Shown here piece by piece: positions 28,024 through 38,493 of a stretch of DNA of 64,000 bases. The DNA comes from Desulfatiglandales bacterium. Lineage in GTDB: Bacteria; Desulfobacterota; DSM-4660; Desulfatiglandales; Desulfatiglandaceae. Made by a program: the position numbers and the translations under genes. Positions within the stretch are counted from its first letter, which is position 1. Each line of letters starts with the position of its first letter. The notes beneath the pieces were generated by a model. The model was given only the letters and a program-made list of their open reading frames with translations, made no database searches and was not told the origin of the DNA. Location of the stretch: contig OY762721.1 of the NCBI GenBank assembly GCA_963666345.1, forward strand, positions 1,952,001-2,016,000. Reading direction: 5' to 3'.

Positions 28024-30846
28024 TCAATCTAATGCCGCGATTATTACCCCCGCCGAGGCGGCAATCTGATACAGGGTCTGGGTTATATCCTTTGTAATCC
28101 TGAGCCATGGATACCTTTCAAGCTTCTTGGGCACTATTATGGTATCTCCCGGATGTACCGTCACTGAGTCAAACCCACCCATGGTCCACCGCTGGTTGCC
28201 GGTATCCCAGCTTGCAAGGCCCAGAAAGCCTTCCTGGGATTTACTCATTACAGACCCGTTTGCCTTTACAAGATATACCTGATCGTCATCCGCGTCCCTG
28301 GTTGGTCCTCCTACCTGTGCCAGGTAATGCGCTACATTTTCATCCCTTACGGCAAGGAGGGCCGTCGGGTTAAACACCTCGCCGATCACATTAACCAGAA
28401 CCGATTTTTTCGGCACAAAGAGCCTGTCTCCGGCCCTGAGCTTAAGGTTATGCTCGGAAGAGGAAATCGCCATTGCTTCCTGGAGGTCTATGACCATCCT
28501 CCCGGTGGGCCTTGAGCCTTTAAGTTTTTCCAGAAGCATTTTCTTTGATTCAACAACCTGCTGATAAATTGCCGCCTCATCCTTATCCACAGCCGCCTCA
28601 GATGCCCTGGCGGTCATCGTGAGGAGATCCTCCTCCAGCTTGCTGACATAATCCATCAGCCTTTCTTCCTGGATCTCCTGGGCGGATTTTCTGTAAAATT
28701 TCGCCCCGAACGGGTAGGCGTCCTCTGTCAGGCCTCCCGCCTTTTCAATAATACTGCTCAGCCTGTTCCCTTCAACAAAGGTGTATTCACCTGGAAACAG
28801 GACCGCCCCTTCCAGGACTATCTTTCTTCCAAGAGCCTCGCCATATTTCGGCATCTCCCTGATAATTACGGTATCATCCTTTTCAAGAACCATGTTATCA
28901 GGAGACAGGCCCATTAGTGCCTTTTTTGGTGAAAAATCAAGCTTTATCGTATCAGCGCCCTCAGGCCCGGGAATTATCCTGGTTAGGGTGGCCTTTTCAT
29001 CAAATGCCCTGTTTTGAAGGTTATCGGCCTGAAATATAAGATCTTTTGTAGTCATTCCCTTAAAAAGCCTGTATGTCCCGGGGCTGCGCACGGCTCCGTT
29101 TATGTGGACCTCCGGGAAGGCCTCCTTTTCCCATGCCGGATACACCTTTACCCTGTCAAGGTCCTGGAGCAGCATGTCCTGTGATGGATCACCCGCAAGC
29201 AGTCCGCCCAGATCAAATGGTATTATCTCCTTGTGAAGATCAGGTTTTGCAGAGCGGATTATTTCAGCGTGCCTCATAAATGCCTCAGGCAGAAGATCAT
29301 CATAGGAACTTATAAGGGAACTCAACCTGATGTCGGCCTTTAATTCGTATTCCCTCGGATATTTGACATGACCTTCCAGATAAACCACCTGTCTTATCCC
29401 TTCATGCACCGGGTATATCTTTATTACATCCCCATCCTTGAGGCACATATTAAGATCGGCGCTTTCATTTGCAGGATCCAGATTAAAACTCTTGACAACC
29501 CTCCTCCTGTGGCCCTCTATCCTTTCTATTACCACATTTTGAAGCTGCCCCGAGTGAAGGACCCCGCCTGCGAGATCAATGAGTTCCTTTATGGTCTGAC
29601 TCCCCTTCATCTCATAGATGGCGGGTCGCCTGACCGCCCCGGCGACCCCTGCCACAGGCCCTAAAACAGGGATAAGTATGGTATCTCCGGCACGTAAGCG
29701 CACGTCATCTTTTGTTTTTCCATGAACAAAAAAATCATAAAGATCAAGCGTGCTTTTGAGTTCACCGTTTCTCATTACCCTTATGTTTCTCAGGCTCCCG
29801 CTTTTAGAGGGCCCGCCCGCACCTGACAGGGCCGAGATGACGGTTGAAAGAGAACTTATGGAATATGTCCCCGGGTACCTGGCCTCACCCACCAGGAAAA
29901 CATCTATGGTACGCAGCCGCCCCATTGTTATGCCAAGCTTGAAGTCAGGGTAATAGTCTCTGAATTTCCGGTATAAAAATCCCTTTAATTCATCAAAACT
30001 CAGACCGCTTACATTCAGGTTCCCGAGTCTGGGAAGAAAAATAGCCCCCTCCCTTGACACAACTGCGTCGTAGGACAATTCAGCCTTTCCCCACACATGT
30101 ATCGTGAATTCATCACCGGGACCTATCCTGTAATCGCCCCCTACAGGGACGTCTGTTACAGGGGTAAATGTCGAAACAGCCTTATCAAAAAATTTGTATC
30201 CATATTGGCTCAGTTGTCGTGATATATCGGTAGGGAAATCGCCTGAAAGTATCTTTTCAATAGTCGAGGGCGGCTCTTCCTGAACAAAGACCTCCTCTTT
30301 TATCTCAGGGCGCTCTTTCTCTTCAGCCAGTATGATATTCCTGTCAGCATTGCTCATTCTGCTCAGAAACCGACCCCTTTCCTCCTCCTCAATTACTTTA
30401 TATAAAGCTATCTTCTCCTCATTGGATACAAGATTACTGAAAAGGTCATGCCTCTCCTCTATGTCCAAAATTGGAAATACTATAAGCTTTTCTTCAAGAT
30501 CCAGGCCAAGGAAAAATTTCTTTCTTTCTTCCATTGAGAGGCCTTTTAAAAGACCCATTTTTTCGGCATTATTCAATTTTGAGAAAAATGTCTTCTGTTC
30601 AGATTCTGAAAGCCTGTTGAAAAAATATTTTATCCGGCTTGTTTCCAGACTTTCTGTTTTCAGGCCTTCAGCCTCGCTGTCTTTGACCTGACCTGCAAGG
30701 TTGTCCTGCGCTGCTTTGCGGGGAAAAGGCGGACTGTCTTGCGAGAACGCAAGGCCAAGTGACAGAAAGATGATTGCTGTTACAAAAAAACATGCCGCAA
30801 CTGACAGTTTAAAACCAGCTTGTTTGTTCACGAGACAGTGCCTCAT
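28024..30846 (-). CDS. Large SLBB-repeat polysaccharide export protein (KpsD/OtnA-like)
   Basis: DYRIGPGDE Poly_export motif, multiple GxVxxPGxY SLBB repeats, C-terminal PGDTIIVP. Confidence 0.88.
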   Translation of the reverse strand: MRHCLVNKQAGFKLSVAACFFVTAIIFLSLGLAFSQDSPPFPRKAAQDNLAGQVKDSEAEGLKTESLETSRIKYFFNRLSESEQKTFFSKLNNAEKMGLLKGLSMEERKKFFLGLDLEEKLIVFPILDIEERHDLFSNLVSNEEKIALYKVIEEEERGRFLSRMSNADRNIILAEEKERPEIKEEVFVQEEPPSTIEKILSGDFPTDISRQLSQYGYKFFDKAVSTFTPVTDVPVGGDYRIGPGDEFTIHVWGKAELSYDAVVSREGAIFLPRLGNLNVSGLSFDELKGFLYRKFRDYYPDFKLGITMGRLRTIDVFLVGEARYPGTYSISSLSTVISALSGAGGPSKSGSLRNIRVMRNGELKSTLDLYDFFVHGKTKDDVRLRAGDTILIPVLGPVAGVAGAVRRPAIYEMKGSQTIKELIDLAGGVLHSGQLQNVVIERIEGHRRRVVKSFNLDPANESADLNMCLKDGDVIKIYPVHEGIRQVVYLEGHVKYPREYELKADIRLSSLISSYDDLLPEAFMRHAEIIRSAKPDLHKEIIPFDLGGLLAGDPSQDMLLQDLDRVKVYPAWEKEAFPEVHINGAVRSPGTYRLFKGMTTKDLIFQADNLQNRAFDEKATLTRIIPGPEGADTIKLDFSPKKALMGLSPDNMVLEKDDTVIIREMPKYGEALGRKIVLEGAVLFPGEYTFVEGNRLSSIIEKAGGLTEDAYPFGAKFYRKSAQEIQEERLMDYVSKLEEDLLTMTARASEAAVDKDEAAIYQQVVESKKMLLEKLKGSRPTGRMVIDLQEAMAISSSEHNLKLRAGDRLFVPKKSVLVNVIGEVFNPTALLAVRDENVAHYLAQVGGPTRDADDDQVYLVKANGSVMSKSQEGFLGLASWDTGNQRWTMGGFDSVTVHPGDTIIVPKKLERYPWLRITKDITQTLYQIAASAGVIIAALD

Positions 30847-31113
30847 ATTTTGGGTTTATGTTCTGGAAATCACTTGTAAGGGCGCATTTGACCTTGAAAT
30901 CGTATATTATAATTGCCCTTTAAAGTCAACAAAACGGGCGTGGTAAGGAAGGCTAGCCGGGGTTCGCAATGTTTGGAATCTGAAGGATCTTATTCCCGGG
31001 GAAATAATAAGGTAGGAAGATACACCTATCCGGATTGGAAGGGTAACCCTTAGGTGCATTGACGGGCATTAAAAATACCCCCTCAGGATATTCATGAAAT
31101 AAAAGTTTCTTTC

Positions 31114-31407
31114 CTAACTACCACCGTGGCTAGAAGGAGTGCTTCCATGATGAGAAGGCGTAGCGTTATCGTCGTCACTCGAGACCGAGGCCGCGACTAC
31201 CCCAACTGCTACAGCCGCTGCCACGCCCACGGTAACTCCACTCACCGTAGCAGCACCACCGGCGCCTGCCGCGCCGCCTGATGCCGTTCCTCCTGCAACT
31301 CCGCCACCTGCCGCGGCAAAAGCGGAGGATAAGGGAAGAATCAGGAACAACACAGCCACAGCACAAACAACCAATCTTTTTACAATACCGAAACCCTTGA
31401 TGCTCAT
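31114..31407 (-). CDS. Small Ala/Gly-rich exported protein (YjbE/GfcA-like)
   Basis: Signal peptide, AGGAATVSGVTVGVAAAVAVGVVAA, Ser/Thr/His tail; next to YjbH-like gene. Confidence 0.6.
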   Translation of the reverse strand: MSIKGFGIVKRLVVCAVAVLFLILPLSSAFAAAGGGVAGGTASGGAAGAGGAATVSGVTVGVAAAVAVGVVAASVSSDDDNATPSHHGSTPSSHGGS

Positions 31408-31494
31408 TTTAAAGTCCCTCTTTTTGTTGATTTACGGCGCATACCACCAAGATTTATATATTTCACACAAACAATTTGGAAATGCAAGCATTTT

Positions 31495-33588
31495 TTATTT
31501 TTTCATGTCATTCAGATCTTCCCTGAAAACAGCCGGCATAAGATCAGAGGCAAGGCCGTAGATATTACTCCAATGCACGGGAAGAGCGGCAACATCTCTT
31601 GTCCAGGGAGATACGGCATAGGTATACCTTGAACCGGAATCGGTTTTCAAAAACATCCTCATGGGCAGACTCAAAAAGACACCCTTGTCATTATAATCCC
31701 TGTTAAACGAACTCAAATGATCCGTGTCCGTTAGGCTGTACCACGCGCCCAGTATGGCACCTGTTGAGTACTCCCTGCTTGCGGTAAAGAGAAACCCCTT
31801 GTCTCCGGCAAGGAACCTCCCATACTGTCCCTGCAGGGTGACATCAAACGGCGCAACCCTGTAGTAGGCATTTCCTATGATGGTATGATTTTCCTGATCG
31901 AGCAGACTCAACTGAGAACCCGGCTCACGTTTTCTGACCCAGTCGGACTCGACACCCAGGGCAAGGTTGCCCCGGTTGAAAAATTTGAGAACCTCTCCAC
32001 CCACACCGGCATACATATTTTCCAGGTACCCTGCTGAAATACGGCCGAACATACCCTTTGAAAGACAAACCGACTGATCGAAAAGGAGTCTTTCAAAGGT
32101 GTAATCTGTGTCCGAATATAGCCAGGAATCACTCCTTACCGCGTTTGGAATCAGCGGATTGCTGGAAGATATATTGGAATAAAAGGGGATGTCATACCTT
32201 CCATGAAAGGCGCCCCCTTGCCATGGCTCCACCCTGGCATGAGGCTTGATGCCGGCTCTTCCCTTGAAAAACCCTGAAGGGTCGTTGATATAAGGTTTAA
32301 AGTCAGGTTTTATTCCCCATGAAAAATCGAGTCTGTCATCCTCCTTTACCTCGGTGATCAAATTATCCTTTTTATTTTCATCGGCGGAAACAGACTCCAC
32401 CTTTAGCGCCTTTTGAAAAATATATTCAGGAATCTCACCGAAAAGGTATTTTTCAAGGAGCTCAGGTTCAACAGAGACGCTCAGAAGATTTATCTTGCGG
32501 CGTCTTACAACCACGCGCAGCATCTTCGTATCGCTTGGTGAATAAAACAGGAGTATTCGAAGCGCCCTTCCAACCGCCTTCTGATTTGAAAGATACCTGG
32601 CATTCGTTATTTCGGCAGTTATCTCCCTGCCGCCCGTATAAACACAAACGCCTTTAAAGCCGGCCTCATTGAGCGCATCCGACATCCTGCCTAGCATTTT
32701 TCCCATATCTCTTTTTTCAAACGGCCTTCTGTCCACAGGGTATTGGAGAGGAGGGTCGGGACGCTTGGGCACGATTGAGGCCCCAAGAAGCGACTGCACA
32801 TGGCAGTAAAGCCCCAGGGTGTCACCCCTTTGATATGAGGCCCCCAGCTGAACACCGGGGATGAGCTTATACCTGAGACCTATGTTTACCGGCAGTTCCG
32901 CTCCTTCAGGCACGCTTCTGGCAGACCTTGAATCATTTTCATATTCTATCGGATTATACTCTGCCATCACGTTTATGCGCTCGTTAAGTGCCCACTCTAC
33001 GCCGCCGAAGAGCCCCACATCGTCAAAAGTATCGAAAAAGGAAGACATTTCAGGGCCTCCTCCGAGCCGGCCCTTTCCAAAGCCGAGAGTGAAGTCAAAT
33101 GGGAAGATCTGCCTGCTCATGACCAGGTACTGGCCCTTGAAAAGGCCGGTGCCATGAAAATCGTGAAGGCCTAAGGAAATGGCGGGAGTGTATCTTGACT
33201 CGGGAAGTATCTGGTATTTTATGTCAAAGGCCTTGTCTTTATTGGAACCGTAATCAGAACCCAGGCCTGAAGCGATATTGGTCATCTGGGTCAAACGACC
33301 ACCTGCCTCAAGGCCGGGGAATATTCCCATATCGATTGTAAACCAGCGGTAGGGAAGGGCCTGGGCCGCTCCCGCCCTTACCACACCGTCTCCCAGTATT
33401 CTGGCGGTCGGAATCTCCATCAGGCCTGTGCCGCCCCAGTTCGCGCCGTTATCAAAGGGGGTGTCCCAGCAAAATGCAGGGGATGATAGGGTAAAACATA
33501 TGATCAGGGATTGAAAAAGCCGCAGAAAAACCTTGAGGCAAGTGGCTGACCGGGTATTTCCGCATGAACGTTTGAAAGGGAGGATCAT
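31495..33588 (-). CDS. YjbH/GfcD-family outer-membrane protein
   Basis: WGGTGLMEIPTAR, DKAFDIKY, GYLENMYAGVGGE, GRFLAGDKG, PWTRD. Confidence 0.88.
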   Translation of the reverse strand: MILPFKRSCGNTRSATCLKVFLRLFQSLIICFTLSSPAFCWDTPFDNGANWGGTGLMEIPTARILGDGVVRAGAAQALPYRWFTIDMGIFPGLEAGGRLTQMTNIASGLGSDYGSNKDKAFDIKYQILPESRYTPAISLGLHDFHGTGLFKGQYLVMSRQIFPFDFTLGFGKGRLGGGPEMSSFFDTFDDVGLFGGVEWALNERINVMAEYNPIEYENDSRSARSVPEGAELPVNIGLRYKLIPGVQLGASYQRGDTLGLYCHVQSLLGASIVPKRPDPPLQYPVDRRPFEKRDMGKMLGRMSDALNEAGFKGVCVYTGGREITAEITNARYLSNQKAVGRALRILLFYSPSDTKMLRVVVRRRKINLLSVSVEPELLEKYLFGEIPEYIFQKALKVESVSADENKKDNLITEVKEDDRLDFSWGIKPDFKPYINDPSGFFKGRAGIKPHARVEPWQGGAFHGRYDIPFYSNISSSNPLIPNAVRSDSWLYSDTDYTFERLLFDQSVCLSKGMFGRISAGYLENMYAGVGGEVLKFFNRGNLALGVESDWVRKREPGSQLSLLDQENHTIIGNAYYRVAPFDVTLQGQYGRFLAGDKGFLFTASREYSTGAILGAWYSLTDTDHLSSFNRDYNDKGVFLSLPMRMFLKTDSGSRYTYAVSPWTRDVAALPVHWSNIYGLASDLMPAVFREDLNDMKK

Positions 33589-33971
33589 AAAGGCCTGTTT
33601 TTTTAGGGAATAATCGTTACTTCTTGAGCGCCCCTGTAAGGGACTGCCTGGACATCGGTTTAAACCATGAAGTTCCGCTCAATCTGCGGGGAATCGGGGC
33701 GGAGTTGCGCATTAACCCAACCCGCCTGAGCTCCGGCAAACTTCGGCGAATAATCGTGAGGATCAGCTGAGAGGCTCATGTACAAAAAAGGTGCATACCG
33801 GTTCATTTTCCATTATGTTGACACAAACCTGAAATTGCTGATAGTAATTCAGACCAGCATTTAGCAGAGATGTAGAAATAAATCAATGGGACATAATAAG
33901 GAAAAACTCTCGATTTAAATTATATCAGTATTCAAGAGGCCAGGTGTTATGAAGCCCAAGGAGGAAGTGCT

Positions 33972-34475
33972 GTGAAAAAACTAAATATCCTGATCCTTTT
34001 TTTGCTTGCCCTGGCAATCTGTTGTTCTTCTTACGGTTGCGCCACCGACAAGGTCGCCCTGGATCTTGTGGAATATACGAATCAGAGCCTCTTAGGCATA
34101 GCCGAGCTTGAAAAACGGGCACTTGAAAGTTATGCTTCGGTAACGGGCAAAAACTATACCACGAATGAGGCTATTACCTCGGCTCTCAAAACCGAGGTGA
34201 TACCCCAGTACAAGAGATTCGTCGGGATGCTCACGGAGGTAAGGCCTGAGACGGAAGCGGTAAGTAAAATCCACCAGGGATATGTCGGAAATTCGGAGAC
34301 TCTTTTAAGGGGTTTTAAGATGAAGCTGCTGGGACTTCAAAGGGAAGATCCCACACTCGTAATACAGGCAAACAGTCTTATCGATCAGGCCAGGGTCTTA
34401 AATGAGAAATGGGTCGAAGAACTCAATAATGCGTATGAGCGATATGGCGTCAAAAAGGAAAAAAAGGACAAATAG
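33972..34475 (+). CDS. Hypothetical lipoprotein
   Basis: Signal peptide with Cys (SYGC), helical; GAGG RBS. Confidence 0.65.
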   Translation: MKKLNILILFLLALAICCSSYGCATDKVALDLVEYTNQSLLGIAELEKRALESYASVTGKNYTTNEAITSALKTEVIPQYKRFVGMLTEVRPETEAVSKIHQGYVGNSETLLRGFKMKLLGLQREDPTLVIQANSLIDQARVLNEKWVEELNNAYERYGVKKEKKDK

Positions 34476-35781
34476 CACTGAAAAGATCCTTGCCCTATCC
34501 TATACGGTCTTAACAGGAGGCATCTTTCTCCTTTTTTCCCCGCCCTTTCTTTTATACATAATGCTTTCCGGAAGATATAAGAGACATCTCAAAGAAAGGC
34601 TCGGGTTTTACCCTTTTCCGGAGCGGGGAAAAAGCACGGGCCGGCCCACCATATGGATACATGCGGCATCCCTGGGTGAGGTAAGGGTCGCATCCTCAAT
34701 TATCAAGGCCGTCGAATCGATCAGGCCGGGATGTCTGTTTCTTATAACAACCTTTACCGAACATGGCAGGGACCTGGCAAAATCCCTTGCAGGTAAAAAC
34801 GTTAGGGTCTCGTTCGCGCCCCTTGATTTTCTGCCCTTTGTCCGCCGCGCCCTTAAAAGGGTAAGCCCTGAACTGCTCCTTTTCGCGGAAACCGAGATCT
34901 GGCCTGCCTGGATCTTTGAAGCGAAAAAGATGGGTATAAAAACCGCGCTCATAAACGGCAGGATATCAAAGAGGTCTGCAAAGAGTTACCTCGCCCTCCG
35001 TCCGCTCTTCGGCCCGCTCCTAAAAGGAATAAATGCCTTCAGCATGATAAGCGAGCATGACGCGTCCAGGATAAAGGCGGTAGGCGCCCCCAGGGAGAAG
35101 ATCCGGGTCCTGGGAAACGCCAAATACGACCTTATGGGGACACTGACAAACGCCTCAAAAAAGGATGAGATCCGAAAGACACTCGGCCTTAAGGAAAATC
35201 AGATTATACTTATAGCCGGCAGCACCAGGACAGGAGAGGAGGAGCTTATCCTTGGAGCCTACAAGGAGATAACGGCACGCTTTCCTGATACCGTGCTGAT
35301 AATCGCCCCCAGGCATCTTGAAAGGGTCCCTCAGATTACCTCGCTAATAAAGAGCAAGGGTTATGCCTGCAGGTTCAGGAAAGAGGTTGAAGGCATCTTA
35401 TCAAACGGCAAAGAAAAGGTGGTCATAATCAACACCTTTGGCGAACTGTTTGACATATACAGTGTCGGCACCATAGTTTTCTGCGGGGCGAGTCTCGTTC
35501 CAAAGGGGGGGCAGAATCCGCTTGAACCGGCTGCCTGGTGTAAGATGCCCTTTTACGGCCCTTATATGGATGACTTTTCAGACGCAAAGGATATCCTTGA
35601 AACCGCAGGTGCCGGAATCGAGGTATCAGGCCCTGAAATGCTTGCTGAAAGGGCGATATGGTTTCTTTCCAACAGGGAAGAACTCGCTCTGCGGGGTAAA
35701 AAGGCAAGGCAGGCGGTACTCAAGAATCATGGAGCATCCGTGAGGCAGGCAAAATTCATACTTGAGTTGCTTGAAAAATAG
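34402..35781 (+). CDS. waaA: Kdo transferase (start uncertain)
   Basis: IWIHAASLGEV, ETEIWP, INGRIS, GNAKYD, AGSTR, APRHLER, GGQNPLEP. Confidence 0.93.
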   Translation: MRNGSKNSIMRMSDMASKRKKRTNSTEKILALSYTVLTGGIFLLFSPPFLLYIMLSGRYKRHLKERLGFYPFPERGKSTGRPTIWIHAASLGEVRVASSIIKAVESIRPGCLFLITTFTEHGRDLAKSLAGKNVRVSFAPLDFLPFVRRALKRVSPELLLFAETEIWPAWIFEAKKMGIKTALINGRISKRSAKSYLALRPLFGPLLKGINAFSMISEHDASRIKAVGAPREKIRVLGNAKYDLMGTLTNASKKDEIRKTLGLKENQIILIAGSTRTGEEELILGAYKEITARFPDTVLIIAPRHLERVPQITSLIKSKGYACRFRKEVEGILSNGKEKVVIINTFGELFDIYSVGTIVFCGASLVPKGGQNPLEPAAWCKMPFYGPYMDDFSDAKDILETAGAGIEVSGPEMLAERAIWFLSNREELALRGKKARQAVLKNHGASVRQAKFILELLEK

Positions 35782-36172
35782 GATTCAAGTAGATGAGCTG
35801 CAGTTGCCTATTTGCAGGAAACAGGCTACGGCACCGGCACTCTTTCCTCCGACCTTCTCTATGCTTTATGGAAAAGTGCCCGCATCCTTGGGCTTTTGTG
35901 AATGTTACCTAAGCTGATAGGGCAGCGAGGAAGAAAAGCCCTGTCTGCGGCCACTGCATATGCCTGTGGTATTTTTTTGTGAGATAAGGCCGGAAGGAAA
36001 GAGCCCCGGCACCTCCACTTGTGCCTTAACAGGCAAGGCTTCTTAATTGCGGAGTTTCCGTTTATCCCTTACAACTAAGGACCCTGCACGTTTAAACGGC
36101 TGGCACTGCTAAGCCTTCAAAAAATAAGTGCATGGCTTTAAATCTCAACTGCTGAAAATAAAACCGGCATTT

Positions 36173-36263
36173 ACCCTTTGCGAAGCAAACGAAGCTTTTG
36201 CTATGCCGGCATCGGCAGAGCAAAAATCTTTTTATCCGTTTTGATCAAGCGAAGCGGACGGTT
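36173..36263. repeat. Structured repeat type A, copy 15 (inverted relative to copies 1-14)
   Basis: ACCCTTTGCGAAGCAAACGAAGCTTTTGCTATGCCGGCATCGGCAGAGCAAAA...CAAGCGAAGCGGACGGTT. Confidence 0.85.
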
Positions 36264-36275
36264 AAAAAAAGGATC

Positions 36276-36557
36276 TTAAGGGACTTTTTTCAGGTACACT
36301 ATGGTCGCCCCCCAAGCTGATGGCCCCGGATCAAGAGTATAGCTCTCCACCAGAGGGTGCCTGTCAAGGACCGAATGGACCGACCTCCTTAAGACCCCCT
36401 TACCCTTTCCATGAATCACCGAGACCTGGTATATCCCCTTTTCAAAGCAGGCCCTAAGGTACTCATCAACCAGTGAGGCGGCATCTTTCGGCAGAAAGGT
36501 GTGAAGGTCCAGGGTTCCGTCTATCGGAATTTCCACCGGGTCCTGGCCGTTTTCCAC
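36276..36557 (-). CDS. Stand-alone Smr-domain protein
   Basis: TLDLHTF, VIHGKGKGVLR, WGATIVYL. Confidence 0.9.
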   Translation of the reverse strand: MENGQDPVEIPIDGTLDLHTFLPKDAASLVDEYLRACFEKGIYQVSVIHGKGKGVLRRSVHSVLDRHPLVESYTLDPGPSAWGATIVYLKKVP

Positions 36558-36904
36558 TATACCCGCTCCAGATTGAGCTGATCGCCGAAATGCTCCACGA
36601 TCTCCCTGTTTACCTCTTCATACTCCTTCTCGGTTTCAAACTCGGCAACCAGATCCCTTTCATCGAGCACCTTGAGCCTGCCATGCCTGCCTATTACCTC
36701 GATCACCTTTTTCACATCGGTCGTTACCCATCCCTTCATTCTCAAGACAAGCTCAGGGCCGTTGAACGCCCTTTCGATCGTCAGATCGACATCTCTTTTT
36801 TTCGCGTCCCAGCTCACAACCGCAGGCCTTACGACCACAGGTGTTACCGGATCATGCATTGCAGCGCATTGAAACCATACCTTGGTCCTGACCACCCCTG
36901 TCAC
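36557..36904 (-). CDS. Hypothetical protein
   Basis: AGGAGG RBS, tightly packed in the LemA operon. Confidence 0.65.
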   Translation of the reverse strand: MTGVVRTKVWFQCAAMHDPVTPVVVRPAVVSWDAKKRDVDLTIERAFNGPELVLRMKGWVTTDVKKVIEVIGRHGRLKVLDERDLVAEFETEKEYEEVNREIVEHFGDQLNLERV

Positions 36905-36910
36905 CTCCTT

Positions 36911-37489
36911 TTAATCAAACTTAACCCTGGGTGCCTCCTGTCTTTCCTTGGGCACCTCGAAAAAGGCCGCCTTTTCAAAACCGAACATGCCCGCCATCAG
37001 ATTGGTCGGGAAGGAACGTATCTTTGTGTTAAAGATCCTTACAGACTCGTTGAAACGGCGCCTTTCAACGGCGATACGGTTTTCCGTCCCTGCCAGCTCA
37101 TCCTGCAGGCGGATGAAATTGGCGTTCGCTTTAAGATCCGGATACCTTTCGACCACTACCAGTAACCGGGAAAGGGCCCCGGTCAACTCATTATTTGACT
37201 TGATCTTCTCATCGATACTTGCAGCCCCCCCTACCCTGGAGCGTGCCTCGGTCACCCTGGTCAGGACCTCCTTTTCATGCGCGGCATAGCCCTTTACGGT
37301 CTCCACATAGTTGGGTATCAGGTCGTATCTGCGCTGAAGCTGGTTTTCCACCTGTGCCCACGCGGCCTTTACAGACTCATCCATGGTAACAAGGCTGTTA
37401 TAGGTCCCCTTGAAAAAGAAAAAGGGTACAAGCACAACCAGAATCAGTATCGCGATCAAAACAAACAGGGTTTTTTGAGTCCGTCCCAT
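36911..37489 (-). CDS. lemA: LemA family protein
   Basis: AWAQVENQLQRRYDLIPN, YPDLKAN, ELAGTENRIAVERRRFN. Confidence 0.93.
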   Translation of the reverse strand: MGRTQKTLFVLIAILILVVLVPFFFFKGTYNSLVTMDESVKAAWAQVENQLQRRYDLIPNYVETVKGYAAHEKEVLTRVTEARSRVGGAASIDEKIKSNNELTGALSRLLVVVERYPDLKANANFIRLQDELAGTENRIAVERRRFNESVRIFNTKIRSFPTNLMAGMFGFEKAAFFEVPKERQEAPRVKFD

Positions 37490-37490
37490 T

Positions 37491-38240
37491 TCATCCTCCC
37501 ATTGTGTCCACGGCCCTTGAAAGAACCGCTATTTCCTTAAGATATCTTTTGTATAGGTCCCTGATCTCCTGATCCCTCATTTTTGCCGCTCCCTGTTTTA
37601 CCTCAAGGAGCATTTCAAAGACATTGGAATCAAGCTCAAAAGACTCACATGTCGCCTTTATTTTATCCCTTTTTCCACCCGCGACCTCTTTATCCATGAT
37701 ATAGAGGAGCGCCTCAAAGATGGCTGAAAAGGCACCGATCGACCTTCCTATCACCTCTTTCAGTATCCTGCCCTTACCGGAGCTCTCAAGAAACGCCTCC
37801 CTCAAAAGCAGGAGTTTACCCTTGATCTCCCGTTCGCATTGAAGTCGCACCAACTCCTTGTCAAAGCGGATATCCTTCAGCACATCCCTTCCAAAGACCG
37901 GGACATACTCCCTCTTGAAATTGAGATACTCTATGGGAAACACATCGAGTGAGGCTGAGATGTATTCTTCGGTCAGAAAAAGTGGGGTAGCGACCTTTCT
38001 CCTGCCCCATTTCTTTATGGCGGAAAAGGCCTTGTCCAGATTTTCGATCTCCTCCTTATCGAGTATTATCATGAAGTTTATATCAGAGCCGCCCGGCCTG
38101 TAATCACCTCCGGCAGCGCTCCCGTAAAGGATTACACCTCTCAGGGCGTCCCCGAAGATTTCCCTGTAATCATCCGTTATTTCCGAAAAAATATCCCTCG
38201 GATCACTCACTTTCTTAGACATGTCATGCCCCTGTTTCAT
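37491..38240 (-). CDS. Nucleotidyltransferase-domain protein
   Basis: LYGSAA.GDY....SDIN, DVFPIEY, LQCEREIKGKL. Confidence 0.8.
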   Translation of the reverse strand: MKQGHDMSKKVSDPRDIFSEITDDYREIFGDALRGVILYGSAAGGDYRPGGSDINFMIILDKEEIENLDKAFSAIKKWGRRKVATPLFLTEEYISASLDVFPIEYLNFKREYVPVFGRDVLKDIRFDKELVRLQCEREIKGKLLLLREAFLESSGKGRILKEVIGRSIGAFSAIFEALLYIMDKEVAGGKRDKIKATCESFELDSNVFEMLLEVKQGAAKMRDQEIRDLYKRYLKEIAVLSRAVDTMGG

Positions 38241-38493
38241 CTATGTTGTTAATCAAAAAAAGGTCACAGGATTCCCGGGGTCCGGGTATTTTTACCACCT
38301 CGGTACCCGAAGTCCTTTTATTTTAGCCCACTTGAATTATATAGCCGACATCCATCTTTTGTTTATCTCTTAGTACATTTCTACAAGCTGCTTTCAGCTC
38401 TCAGCAGCAATCAGCCAAGGAAATGATACCCTGCTTAAAACTGACTGCTGATTGCTCTCATCCATAAACCCTGGTTCATGGATGGGTACTGAC

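Noticed and set aside
36040..36110. c-di-GMP-I riboswitch-like stem (minus strand GGGTCCCTTAGTTGTAAGGGATA)
   Set aside because: Only a partial resemblance; the GCAAA/GNRA elements are missing and it lies between convergent gene ends.
36473..37165. 230-aa plus-strand ORF and similar long antisense ORFs over lemA, TPM, NamZ and tol genes
   Set aside because: Overlap well-supported genes on the opposite strand and show no recognisable motifs.
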